From: a virus
Reading direction: 5' to 3' (one strand)
IMG/VR virus record: IMGVR_UViG_3300020599_000004
Span: 1 to 64,000 of that record
DNA: 64,000 nt
Part shown: piece by piece, positions 18,928-28,756 of the stretch
How positions within the stretch are numbered: position 1 is the stretch's first letter
Layout of the letters: each line of letters opens with the position of its first letter
Notes under the pieces: model-generated
Told to the model about the DNA's origin: nothing
Database searches by the model: none
The model's input: the letters and a program-made list of their open reading frames with translations, nothing else
Translations under genes and position numbers: made by a program

Positions 18928-21255
18928 TTACGTCTCTTGTCCAGGATCAATGGTACGCACGGCATCATCCGTGGAGCGCGGTACGCTCATGTCGACTGTC
19001 CTTACATTGGTCAAATCGACCCCGTTCTCAGGCTCATAGGTGGAGCTCATGAGCGAGGTGAACAGGTTACTGATAGGTACCGTTTGGATGTAGCCAAACT
19101 CATGGGTCGAATTGGGCTGCAACGCATCGGCCAAATCGATCAGGTCCTCATCCGGTATCCAGGCATTCAACCCCAACCGAATGCCTCTGGCTGTGGAGAA
19201 GGACCGTCCCACCACTTTGTAGTTAACGCCGATATCCCACTGAGCGTTCAACTCGAAGTAGCTTTCTGCCGAGTTAATGAATGCCTTGGTCAGCGGGAAG
19301 AAGAAGCGTTCCTGACCATGGGCTTTCAGGCTACGTACCGTGGGGAAATGCTTACGGATACGCAGTAGGTGGTCACCCTTTACGCTCCGATCGCCCATCC
19401 GCAAGTACGGCCTGTCGACAATTTTAAGCGAACCACTGTTGATTTGCTGGATGAATTGGATGCTGTAGCTGCTCAGTTGCCCCATCAATTTCAAGTGGGC
19501 GGCATGCACCTCTGCCAGGCTCTTGGTGGTGGTGATATCCTGACCCGTCGCAGCGGTGTAGATATCAGCAGCCAGCAAGTCCAGTTCCAACTCCGACAGG
19601 TTCTCGATTTGCAAAGAGCGCTCTGCAAACCAGGACTCATAGTCCTGACCTTGCTCGATGTCAATCCCGTAGTTCATGTAGAACCGGTCAGTCATCTGTT
19701 TGACTTGACCGCGGGTGACCAGATGCTGTTGGTAGACGGCCAGGTCATTGTGCCGCAACATAGCGGTGTGGATGTCCTGGCAGATCTCCTTGAACGCATC
19801 AACCGAGATGTAGTTACGGATATCGGGTTGGTTGGCCAGCGCCGCCTGAATGAAATACTCAGGGACGTACGTCGAATCCACGATGCCTCGGAGTTCCGCG
19901 GCAGTGGGCATCGGTACCCTCCGCACGCGTTGCGCGTCCAAGTAGGGTACTTGCAGCAGTTCGATCCCCCTGGCCTTGTTGTACACGTACAGGTAGAGGG
20001 TGAATGCATCCTTCGCTGTGAGTCGCATCATCTCCCCGGTGCCGGGATTGTTGATGGACAGGACAGCGGTGTAACGGCCGACATTGGAGAAGTACAACCA
20101 ATGGCTCATGAGCACTTCAGAGAGGGTGAAGGGCTCAGCATCGGTTTTGTCGAGGACGTTACTTTCCAGTACCTTCGTTTGAAGGACAGAGGCACGCGAG
20201 TTACGCATGGCCAACGGAATGTTAATAGACGCCTCCGTCTCGACCTCCGCGTTGGCACGGGCGAGATCACTCTCCATCTCCAGAACATCGGGTACGCTAC
20301 GTACATCAGCACCCAATGCCGCACTGAGACCGTTGATGGAGGTCCGGCGCATTTCGATATCAGGGTAGATCTGATCCGGCTGCGGTGTGTTGTTGTGCCG
20401 AATGTCGTATTCGGCCAACGGGAACCGGCGATCGGTCAAGACCTTTTGCGTTAACCAGTCGAACGTATCAATCTTACCTGGGTTGAGATTGATGTACTTG
20501 ATGTTCCTGTAGAAGAACAGCTTCTGCTTCTGGTTCAGGTAGTCCAGATACGGATCAAGTCGTCCAAAAGAAGTCAAGTATTGTTTTATATGGAAACTGT
20601 GAGCGTAATCCGTCTTAGCGTTAGCCAGACGGATGTTGAGGATTGCCTTGGGCAGGTGGGCAAACAACACACCCCATTGTCCTGACACGAACAGACTGTC
20701 CGTCAGGCGGTAATCCTGTACGTTCCACGTTACGAAGAAAGCGTTGATCCACGCCTGCAACATGGGAATAAAAGTGATTTCATTGTCCTCTACCAACGTC
20801 TTATCGTAGTAGAGAATGGTATGGTCGTCGGCCTCTATTGCCTGATCAATGTCGATCGGGTTAAGGATGCCGAGTATGAGCCGTTCTTGATCGGGGTACC
20901 GGGAATACAGCTCTTCGTAGTAGCGACTGCGGTAGGTGAACTCGCGTTTGGTCGCCCGATGTTCCTTCAGGTTCTCGACGGTAAAGTCAATCGTTTCTTG
21001 GGTATCCAACGAAGTGATGGTCATCATGGCATCGGTCGGGTGGTATTGCCCGGCCAAGTTCATGTAATACTTCCACGTCCTCGGTTCTTTAGTATCGACC
21101 GCAAATTTCGCTGCTAACACAGGGTCGGCAATGAGTCGTTGCTGTGCCGACAACCACGCGTTGATCGCGTTGGCGGAGTCTTCACTTTTGATAACCAGTG
21201 TACTGGCAAGGTCGAAGACGCCCTTTAGGTAAATCTCGTAGTACGCACTGGACAT
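18928..21255 (-). CDS. large virion structural (baseplate wedge-like) protein (phiKZ gp128-like)
   Basis: ~775 aa divergent from the portal as in phiKZ-like phages; WKYYMNLAGQYHPTD motif. Confidence 0.7.
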   Translation of the reverse strand: MSSAYYEIYLKGVFDLASTLVIKSEDSANAINAWLSAQQRLIADPVLAAKFAVDTKEPRTWKYYMNLAGQYHPTDAMMTITSLDTQETIDFTVENLKEHRATKREFTYRSRYYEELYSRYPDQERLILGILNPIDIDQAIEADDHTILYYDKTLVEDNEITFIPMLQAWINAFFVTWNVQDYRLTDSLFVSGQWGVLFAHLPKAILNIRLANAKTDYAHSFHIKQYLTSFGRLDPYLDYLNQKQKLFFYRNIKYINLNPGKIDTFDWLTQKVLTDRRFPLAEYDIRHNNTPQPDQIYPDIEMRRTSINGLSAALGADVRSVPDVLEMESDLARANAEVETEASINIPLAMRNSRASVLQTKVLESNVLDKTDAEPFTLSEVLMSHWLYFSNVGRYTAVLSINNPGTGEMMRLTAKDAFTLYLYVYNKARGIELLQVPYLDAQRVRRVPMPTAAELRGIVDSTYVPEYFIQAALANQPDIRNYISVDAFKEICQDIHTAMLRHNDLAVYQQHLVTRGQVKQMTDRFYMNYGIDIEQGQDYESWFAERSLQIENLSELELDLLAADIYTAATGQDITTTKSLAEVHAAHLKLMGQLSSYSIQFIQQINSGSLKIVDRPYLRMGDRSVKGDHLLRIRKHFPTVRSLKAHGQERFFFPLTKAFINSAESYFELNAQWDIGVNYKVVGRSFSTARGIRLGLNAWIPDEDLIDLADALQPNSTHEFGYIQTVPISNLFTSLMSSTYEPENGVDLTNVRTVDMSVPRSTDDAVRTIDPGQET

Positions 21256-21290
21256 CAAGAGCGTCCTCTTAATTGTTAATGGAGCAACAG

Positions 21291-24200
21291 ATGAGCGAAC
21301 TGGCCAAGCACCCCAAGCTGTCGACGTTCAAGTCGATGGGGGATGACACTGAAGCCGTTACGTCGAAGTTGGTCAAATCCAACGTCGCTTCCAATGGTAG
21401 CAGCCGCGGTCCTGGAAAGAACCGTCCTATGACCATGCCGCAAATGAGTTTGCTCAGTAAACTCATCGGCAAGACTGCATCGAACATCAACGATGCGAAG
21501 AACCTTTTCCAGGTTCTGCCGGACATGGATTTGGCTCGCCAGATCCTGGTCTCCGCCATCCTTTCGCCTACCGACTTGGTGAGCACAACCCTCATTTATT
21601 CTCTGGCCGACAACGACCTGGATGACAACCTCACAGGCCCAATGTTGCGGGAGGTCAAGGAGTATTTTGAGAAGACCTATAGGATAAAGAAGCTTCTCCC
21701 TGAGATGCTCAGCGATGCGCTGTTCATGAAGGGCTCTTATCCGATGCTGGTGCTGCCAGAGTCCACGATCGACCAAGCGATCAACTCCACCGGGCGATTC
21801 TCCATGGAATCTCTGCGTGACGAGATCGACGAGAGCGGCCTGTATCGCCCGCTGGGTATCCTGGGTATCCCAGACCAGGAAGGTAACTATAGCGTCTCGC
21901 ACGAGTCGATGTTCAACCTGTTCAACTACGACAGTGGTAGGGTCAGCAAATTCACCCAAGAACAGTTCAAAGTCAAGGCTGACACCATCTCGTTCGAAAC
22001 CTATGCCACGGACGGTAGTCGACAGAAGAAACAGCTGAAGATCAAGGGTGGTATCACAGTCACGGACAACATCAACGTCCTGAAGAACCCCATGCTGCAA
22101 GACCGTGCGCGACAGCATCGAGTCAGCGAGATTTATGGCGCTCGATTCGGCGGTAAACGCCGCCGGACGACACCGCCGGGCGGTACTACAGTGTCCCATG
22201 AGGGCAGTCCTGTCCAGGGTGGCGTGGTGCAGCTTAACAATGCCCTACCTACGGCCAGTGTCAAAGCCCAGAAGCCGATGGGACTGGACCGTGTGGAGCA
22301 GACCTTTTACAAAAGTCGCAACTACGCTCAGGTACCGATCCAGCCCCTGCTGACGCCACGCCAACTGGATCGCGCCAGCGTAGGTCATCCGCTGGTGATG
22401 CACTTGCCACCTGAAGCAATCATCCCGGTACACGTGCCGGGTAACCCGCGCCAGCATGTGGGTTACTACGTTTTCCTGGATGTCAATGGTAATCCACTGA
22501 CCATCACCTACCGGGACGATTACTACGCAGACGTGCGTACGTCCATGTCGCAAGACCCAGACATGACCTCGCAGTTGTTGACCATGAACGTCCGTGGTCA
22601 GAATGGCCGGACAGACTGGAACAACAACGAGATCGATGAGCTGCAACGGGCGTATGTGGAGATCGTCGAGAACGATCTGCTCAACCGACTGCGCAGTGGC
22701 ATGATGACAGGCGAGTACGAACTGTCCCGTGTCGAGGAAGTCTATCGCCTCATGTTCTCCAGGGCCATGTCCCAGAAGAACACGATCTGCCTGTACGTTC
22801 CAGTCGAATTGATGGTCTACATCGCCTTCGACTACAACGACTTTGGCATCGGTAAATCGCTGCTGGAAGATGGCAAGATTCTGGGCTCCATCCGCGCCAC
22901 CATCCTGTTCGCCAACACCATGGCAGCCGTGAAGAACGCAGCGGGTACCCAGACGATCACCATCACAGTGCCTGAGGAAGACGAAGACCCGTATAGCACG
23001 GCTGAGTTCATGCTCGGCGAATACGCCAAGCTGAACCGCGATGCTTTCCCCATTGGTGAGACCCACCCGGTGGATATCATCACGCACATGCAAAATGCGG
23101 GTAAGAACATCGTCGTCCAAGGTAACAGTGCATTCCCGGAAGTCAAGTTCGACGTGGAAGCCCGTGAGGGTTCCCAGAAGATGATGGACAAGGATCTGGA
23201 TGATGAGCTGCGTCGTCGGCACATCCAGATGTTTGGCTTGACGCCGGAGACCATGGAAGCCTCCACTGGCGCTGACTTTGCCACCACAGTGGTGAACCAA
23301 CACCTGATGCTGCTCAAGCGAGTGATTCAGTACCAGGAAGACTTCCAGCCGTTCTTGGAAGACTTCCACCGTACCTACATCCTCAACTCCGGTGCTATCC
23401 TCGATAAGCTGCGTGAAATCGTCGAGGAGAACAAGAACTACTTGCCGGAGGAATACACCAAGAACGGCACCCAGGATGTCGAAGCATTCATTTATGACTT
23501 CGTCATGTCGATGGAAGTTACCCTACCACAACCTGAAACCAACCGTATCGAAGATCAGATGCATGGTTACGAAACGTACACCACCGCAGTGACCACGGCA
23601 GTGGATGCGTTTATCAACCAGGAAACCATCGAGACCTTCATGGGTCAAGGTCTGGAAGAGCACATCGACAGCATCAAGAAATCCATCATTGCGATGTATC
23701 AGCGCAAGTACCTGCGTGAGAAGAACATCCTGCCGGAATTGGATGTCTTCAATGCGCTCACTGAAGAGGATGGCCCTGCCTTTATTCTTCTCGACGAGCT
23801 GCGTGAGTACAATGATGGCGTGCTCAAGACCATCGAAGGGTACCTTCAAGTGTCCATCGATTCGGCAAAGAAACGCAAAGATGCTATCGAAGCCAATATT
23901 AAACAGGAGCTGGATGCCCTGGGTGGTGGAATGGGTGGCGATGGCGGCTTCGGGGACGATGGCATGGGAGGGGGTGATGACGGTATGGGTGGAGGCCTGG
24001 ACGATGGGTCAGGTGACCTGGGTGGTGGCGACGGTGGTCTGGACGACGCTCTTGGTGGTGGTGATGACACTGCTGCTCTTGGTGACGACATGGATGCACT
24101 GGGAGGTGAAGGAGACCTCACTGGGGCGGAGGGTGAAGGTGGTGATGCTGGACTAGACGCCGAAGGTGGAACCGAGGGAGGTGAAGCCGGTGCAGAAGGT

Positions 24201-24650
24201 GCTGAGGGCGGAGAGGCTTCCGCACGTGCGCTATCTGCCGATGCTGATCTGGACTTGGAGGTCGAAGCCCCGGCCGAAGGTGAAACAAGTGAGCCAACTG
24301 CCGAAGAACCCGCAGCCAATGAAACCACGGAACCGGAGGTGACCGAACCGTCCAGCGCAGAACCTTCGGGTGATGCTGATCTGGATAACCTCGATCTGGA
24401 ACTGCCCGAGGAAACTGGTACCTCTGAAGAACCTGCTACAACAGAAGAGGAACCAGAAACGCCTGAACCGGTAGTCGAAGAGCCTCAACCGGAAACGGAA
24501 GAGGAAGAAGCTGCGCCGGCTGAAGGTTCTGAAGAAGAACCTGAAGTGCAGGACGGCACTGATATCCCCGACCTCCCCGAGGTGCCCGAAGAGGAGCAAC
24601 CCGAGAAGGAAGAGGAAGAAGACGAGGATAAGGACAAGGATAAGTCCTAA
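21291..24650 (+). CDS. portal protein (phiKZ gp129-like) with long acidic C-terminal extension
   Basis: GGAG RBS; LPDMDLARQILVSAILSP, HLPPEAIIPVHVPGNP..HVGYY, GIGKSLLE motifs; Gly/Asp/Glu-rich tail. Confidence 0.8.
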   Translation: MSELAKHPKLSTFKSMGDDTEAVTSKLVKSNVASNGSSRGPGKNRPMTMPQMSLLSKLIGKTASNINDAKNLFQVLPDMDLARQILVSAILSPTDLVSTTLIYSLADNDLDDNLTGPMLREVKEYFEKTYRIKKLLPEMLSDALFMKGSYPMLVLPESTIDQAINSTGRFSMESLRDEIDESGLYRPLGILGIPDQEGNYSVSHESMFNLFNYDSGRVSKFTQEQFKVKADTISFETYATDGSRQKKQLKIKGGITVTDNINVLKNPMLQDRARQHRVSEIYGARFGGKRRRTTPPGGTTVSHEGSPVQGGVVQLNNALPTASVKAQKPMGLDRVEQTFYKSRNYAQVPIQPLLTPRQLDRASVGHPLVMHLPPEAIIPVHVPGNPRQHVGYYVFLDVNGNPLTITYRDDYYADVRTSMSQDPDMTSQLLTMNVRGQNGRTDWNNNEIDELQRAYVEIVENDLLNRLRSGMMTGEYELSRVEEVYRLMFSRAMSQKNTICLYVPVELMVYIAFDYNDFGIGKSLLEDGKILGSIRATILFANTMAAVKNAAGTQTITITVPEEDEDPYSTAEFMLGEYAKLNRDAFPIGETHPVDIITHMQNAGKNIVVQGNSAFPEVKFDVEAREGSQKMMDKDLDDELRRRHIQMFGLTPETMEASTGADFATTVVNQHLMLLKRVIQYQEDFQPFLEDFHRTYILNSGAILDKLREIVEENKNYLPEEYTKNGTQDVEAFIYDFVMSMEVTLPQPETNRIEDQMHGYETYTTAVTTAVDAFINQETIETFMGQGLEEHIDSIKKSIIAMYQRKYLREKNILPELDVFNALTEEDGPAFILLDELREYNDGVLKTIEGYLQVSIDSAKKRKDAIEANIKQELDALGGGMGGDGGFGDDGMGGGDDGMGGGLDDGSGDLGGGDGGLDDALGGGDDTAALGDDMDALGGEGDLTGAEGEGGDAGLDAEGGTEGGEAGAEGAEGGEASARALSADADLDLEVEAPAEGETSEPTAEEPAANETTEPEVTEPSSAEPSGDADLDNLDLELPEETGTSEEPATTEEEPETPEPVVEEPQPETEEEEAAPAEGSEEEPEVQDGTDIPDLPEVPEEEQPEKEEEEDEDKDKDKS

Positions 24651-24658
24651 CCTGAACG

Positions 24659-24695
24659 GCATAAATGGGGGAGCGCAGTGCTCCCCCATTTATGC
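24659..24695. terminator. bidirectional terminator, GCATAAA-type
   Basis: 16-bp perfect inverted repeat between portal and endolysin stops. Confidence 0.8.
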
Positions 24696-24697
24696 TC

Positions 24698-25381
24698 TTA
24701 TGCCAGAGTCCGACGGTTTTCAGGCTTCATGCCTTCATTCAGCATGGCCACCACTTTCGCAGCCGCTTCGGCTTTGGTGATCTTGCCGTCCTTGTTCAGG
24801 TCCAGGCCCTTGTTCTGAAGGTAAGCCTTGGTGCCCTCGGTAAAGAGGTTGTAGTCATCCGGTTTACCGACAGCAGCGGGCCAAAGTACTTTCATGTACA
24901 AGTCGCTGACGTTGGAGATCTTACCAGCCAGAGGCTTGAAGTACAGGTACACGTACTCCAATTGTTGCTCGGCGGTCATTTTCACAAGGGCGTCGATGGT
25001 GGTGCCGATGTCCTGAGCCGCTGCGGCACCGAACTGAATCAGGCCGTAATACGGAGCACCGGCGCCGTTCTTGATGGTGGGGGAGAAGGTACGACCGGTC
25101 TCAAAGGCCATGACGGACATCAGTTCCGACGCGGCGTTCGGGTAGGTCATCTTCAGGTCGGCTGCCATCTTTTTCACACGTGCCACGAAAGCAGGCGAAA
25201 CTTTGGCCGACCAGGCGATATCGAGATTATCCACGGAAGTGCTCCTGGATTGCTTGGCATCGGCCAGTGCAGCCTGCCAAGCGGAGTTGGACACATTGCC
25301 CCAGAGGCCATCTACGATGCCTTTATAGTAACCGGCATCCTTAAGGTCCTGTTGCAGTTTCATCAGGGTAGCGGTGCTCAT
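24698..25381 (-). CDS. modular endolysin (PG-binding domain + lysozyme/transglycosylase-like domain)
   Basis: LQQDLKDAGYYKGIVDGLWG PG_binding_1 motif; FETG..YGLIQF catalytic segment; DLNKDGKITKAE EF-hand-like motif. Confidence 0.85.
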   Translation of the reverse strand: MSTATLMKLQQDLKDAGYYKGIVDGLWGNVSNSAWQAALADAKQSRSTSVDNLDIAWSAKVSPAFVARVKKMAADLKMTYPNAASELMSVMAFETGRTFSPTIKNGAGAPYYGLIQFGAAAAQDIGTTIDALVKMTAEQQLEYVYLYFKPLAGKISNVSDLYMKVLWPAAVGKPDDYNLFTEGTKAYLQNKGLDLNKDGKITKAEAAAKVVAMLNEGMKPENRRTLA

Positions 25382-26115
25382 CAGCTGATCCCCAGTAGTT
25401 GTTTCGCCTCATCAATGCGATTAGCGAAGTCTTCCTTGGCTGCCATCACCATGCGCGTCCGATCAATGAAAGCCTGGTCGCTGTACAGGTACTGACCTTC
25501 GCTATACTTCCACTGAGAAAGGCGATTCTGGGAGGCATCCAGTTCGTAACCACGGTAGCGCAGTTGCTGAGAGACCAAGGCAGCTGGCTTACCGTCCGTG
25601 GAACGGAACAGGGTCAGATGACTCACATTATCCACGCCCAGCTGCCCCCCTGCACTGACCATCAGGGCGTCCTTGTAGGGCGAGAAGGCCGCGTACAGAT
25701 CTACCAGGGTATCGAGCTGGTTAGGGTCTTTCGACCTTACCTGGCCGATGAAGTTACTGATGCACAGCTGCTCCAGCATCCGCACGTTCATGCCTTCCGG
25801 CGTGGCCTGGAAGTAGTAGGTGGTAATCTTGGGTGCAACGGGGTTGACGTACTGGAAGTTGTCCTTGTAGTCGACCTCATTGACTGGCTGCTTACGGAAA
25901 GCCAGCACCTGATAACCGATAATGCAGTACTTGGAAACGCCCTGGAAGTTGTAAACCTCGATTCGGCTGATCCGACAGTAAACATCGTCGTCGACCAGAT
26001 CACCGAAGCCATCGGTGAACGTCAATCGGCGGGCGTAGAACAAACCCCGATCGAGGCCTTGGTAGTTCTCCGCAGCATCGGGCATGAAGGGTTTGCCCAC
26101 TTGTGGAAGTGACAT
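25381..26115 (-). CDS. hypothetical protein
   Basis: 244-aa ORF; its TGA overlaps the endolysin ATG (TGATG). Confidence 0.7.
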   Translation of the reverse strand: MSLPQVGKPFMPDAAENYQGLDRGLFYARRLTFTDGFGDLVDDDVYCRISRIEVYNFQGVSKYCIIGYQVLAFRKQPVNEVDYKDNFQYVNPVAPKITTYYFQATPEGMNVRMLEQLCISNFIGQVRSKDPNQLDTLVDLYAAFSPYKDALMVSAGGQLGVDNVSHLTLFRSTDGKPAALVSQQLRYRGYELDASQNRLSQWKYSEGQYLYSDQAFIDRTRMVMAAKEDFANRIDEAKQLLGIS

Positions 26116-26124
26116 GGTGACCCC

Positions 26125-26682
26125 TTATTTCTGGAGGATGTGGAAGTCGTTGATCAGGGACAGGCGCATCTCTTCCTTATCCGGCACCGTCTGCACGCTG
26201 TGCTGGATATAGGACGGGATGATCAGGACGTCACCGGCTCTGGGGCGGAAGTCGAAATTACCGAAGTACTCGTCGCGGATTTGCCGCGGGTAACCACGAC
26301 AGGCATTGCCACGCGGGTCGTAAGCAAGGAGCGTCGCGTTGGAGTCATGCGGGTAGAGGATGGTGGTGATAGACGAGTCGCCATGCCAATGGGCTCCGAG
26401 TTCTTGACCAGGTTTGAACCATTTGCCGAAGGTGTCGACCCGAAAGTCAGTCAACTCGAAACCCATGGCTGAAGCCATGAACTGTTTCACCAGGGGCGGC
26501 AGGATTTCATCACGCACTTGTTGCACGAGTGGCGTGGTGTCATCGACCTTGTGCGGTACACGGTCGTCATTGTGGGTAAGGCAGTGCAAAGCAATGACTT
26601 CAGAGGCCAGAGCCTCCAGATCGATCAGGTCCTTGACGTTAACCACTGCCAGGGAGGATTTCCACGGGGTGATGATTTGCAT
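26125..26682 (-). CDS. putative 2OG-Fe(II) oxygenase (PF13759/TIGR02466-like)
   Basis: AHWH..SITTILYP..DPR..PRAGDVLIIPSYIQHSV..R.SL pattern; start ATG 26682 or GTG 26694. Confidence 0.8.
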   Translation of the reverse strand: MQIITPWKSSLAVVNVKDLIDLEALASEVIALHCLTHNDDRVPHKVDDTTPLVQQVRDEILPPLVKQFMASAMGFELTDFRVDTFGKWFKPGQELGAHWHGDSSITTILYPHDSNATLLAYDPRGNACRGYPRQIRDEYFGNFDFRPRAGDVLIIPSYIQHSVQTVPDKEEMRLSLINDFHILQK

Positions 26683-26697
26683 GTTGAATCTCACTCA

Positions 26698-27261
26698 TTA
26701 AAGGTCGTGGCGCAGGTAGTACTCATGCAGCAGCGACAGCCGCACGTCTTCCTGCACGTAGGAAACGCTGTGTTGCAGATAGCTGGGGAAGATGTACAGC
26801 TCCCCTGCTTGAGGGGAGATGCTCACTGTTCCCATGAACTTGTTGCGAATCGGCTTCGGATAACCGCGCCCGGCATTGACCAGCGGACTGAAGAAGTTGA
26901 TCCCCGAGGGAGAGTCTCCCGGATAGAAAATCGCTGAGATACAGGAGCCGGGGTGATAGTGCGGGAACAGACCTTCGCCGGGCTGTATCCATTTGGCGTT
27001 GCACTCCACATCGATCTCAGGGATTTCATAACCCCACACGTCTTTGGCGTACTCCTGCACCGCCGGGGTGATGACGCTATTGCGCAGTCGCGTGATGGCA
27101 GGAACGAACTCTTCCCCTACGAACTGCTGGGCACCGTCTTCGTTGTTAGTCAACATGGACAGGTAGTGAATCTCTTCTGCGAGGTCGTGAAGACTGTACT
27201 CCCCACAATCTTGCACCTGTATTCGACCAATCTGTATCTTCCAGGGCTCGAGGTATTGCAC
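26698..27261 (-). CDS. putative 2OG-Fe(II) oxygenase (PF13759/TIGR02466-like)
   Basis: PHYH..CISAIFYP..PQAGELYIFPSYLQHSV..R.SL; paralogue of the adjacent gene. Confidence 0.8.
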   Translation of the reverse strand: MQYLEPWKIQIGRIQVQDCGEYSLHDLAEEIHYLSMLTNNEDGAQQFVGEEFVPAITRLRNSVITPAVQEYAKDVWGYEIPEIDVECNAKWIQPGEGLFPHYHPGSCISAIFYPGDSPSGINFFSPLVNAGRGYPKPIRNKFMGTVSISPQAGELYIFPSYLQHSVSYVQEDVRLSLLHEYYLRHDL

Positions 27262-27714
27262 TTAAGTGTTCTCCATCATCTTAAGAATGACATCTTGGAT
27301 ACCTTCTTCTGTGCACTCAAGGCGCCAGTACTCTGCTGTTTGAGGTGCCCACCCTTTATCGATCCAATCAGGGAGGTCGTCCAGCCGTTTCAGGATGGCG
27401 TTATAAGTGGCTGGATCAGCTTGGTAGGGCTTGAAGTACTGGTCATGTCCTAGAAACAAATCAGGATCACTTAGCGTTTCCAGAAGTGGAATGCCGTAAT
27501 GCTGTTCGTTTAAGGTGGCGTAGATAATGGCGACAGCGTAGCTCTTTGCCGGGTAGATCAACGGAAAGGTCGCTGCTTCGAAGTATTTCAGCGCATTCTC
27601 TACGAGCTCATCCTGGATAATGATCTCCATCTTGGAGAAATCATCGGGGTGATCCTGGACAAGGTCTTCGTAAAGACGCTGGTATTGCTTGTAGACAGGC
27701 TCACTCATCTTCAC
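27262..27714 (-). CDS. hypothetical protein in radical SAM cluster
   Basis: 150 aa; overlaps/abuts both neighbours; YPAKSYAVAIIYA segment. Confidence 0.7.
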   Translation of the reverse strand: MKMSEPVYKQYQRLYEDLVQDHPDDFSKMEIIIQDELVENALKYFEAATFPLIYPAKSYAVAIIYATLNEQHYGIPLLETLSDPDLFLGHDQYFKPYQADPATYNAILKRLDDLPDWIDKGWAPQTAEYWRLECTEEGIQDVILKMMENT

Positions 27715-28756
27715 GCACCGGATTTGTGATGGGAGTCAAGTCCCATCGGTTCTTCATGTCGAGCAGACACGTGTCCAGGCGGAGCGTGTCCATGATCAAC
27801 TGCGTATCGCCACGGGCGCAGTTGTCAAAGAAACAACATTCTCCACAATCGGGATGGTCAGCGTACACTTCCAAGTGTTTGTAGTACATCTGCTCCTTAA
27901 AGCTGATAAGCTCATCAGCATCCCAAGGGCGTGGGAACTTGAAAGGATCGATGAACATGGGAAACTTTTCCATGAGCACCGGGACGTAGTACAGTTCACC
28001 CTTGTGATAGGCGAACTCCAGGCTATCCGACACGGTAGGGATCAGGTAACGGTTGTACTGGGTGTCGTTACATTCTTTCATCCCGTCTGTGAATAGACGA
28101 AATTCCCGGAGGAACTTCTGTCGGATCATGATCTCTTCCAACCCAAGCCTGGAATGCGGGAAGTTGTACTCGACCAATTTAGGCACACCCAGGTCCAATT
28201 CATGGGCCAGGCGGTTGGTTTCCAGGTGGAAATCCTCCGCGGTGGCATTGGTCATGTTGATCCCCAAGTACAGAAGTTTGAACTCCGTCTCATGCAGATT
28301 GTCTCGGATGATTCCGATCCTTTCCCGCAGCATGTTGGTGAACTTCTCATTACGGATGTTCTTAAGTGTGGCTGGCACGATCAGGCGAAACTTCTTGCCT
28401 GCCATCAACTTGTCCACCTTCTGTGCAAAAGGCACTAAGTTGGTGTCGAACAACAGGGCGAGTGATACTGTCAGTGAATCATACCGAGCTGCCAACGCCT
28501 TGATCAGACTTCTATCCAGAATCCCCATCCCGGTCTTCGAGGAGATGATGTCTGTCGGACCGAGGGTGAACTCATGTAGGCGGAAACCGCGATCGCGCAT
28601 CGCATCCACCAACGCCAGGAGACGATCATCGTCTCCTGGGTGGATGAAGTCGCTGGTGAGGGTTTTGTCGATGGCGCAATCCTGACAACTGAACCCACAA
28701 CCTTTGAGAATCTCCAGCGTCAGGTTGAAGGCCTGATCCTTCTCATTCCCGAACAT
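27701..28756 (-). CDS. divergent radical SAM-like protein
   Basis: LEILKGCGFSCQDC (CxxxCxxC) near N-terminus; C-terminal CGECCFFDNC..C cluster. Confidence 0.7.
   Translation of the reverse strand: MFGNEKDQAFNLTLEILKGCGFSCQDCAIDKTLTSDFIHPGDDDRLLALVDAMRDRGFRLHEFTLGPTDIISSKTGMGILDRSLIKALAARYDSLTVSLALLFDTNLVPFAQKVDKLMAGKKFRLIVPATLKNIRNEKFTNMLRERIGIIRDNLHETEFKLLYLGINMTNATAEDFHLETNRLAHELDLGVPKLVEYNFPHSRLGLEEIMIRQKFLREFRLFTDGMKECNDTQYNRYLIPTVSDSLEFAYHKGELYYVPVLMEKFPMFIDPFKFPRPWDADELISFKEQMYYKHLEVYADHPDCGECCFFDNCARGDTQLIMDTLRLDTCLLDMKNRWDLTPITNPVREDE

Noticed and set aside
23930-24600. Short direct repeats in the portal tail and NPH fibre repeats considered as CRISPR/DGR arrays
   Set aside because: Degenerate, in-frame protein-level repeats; no constant repeat-spacer structure, no reverse transcriptase or A-specific variable region visible
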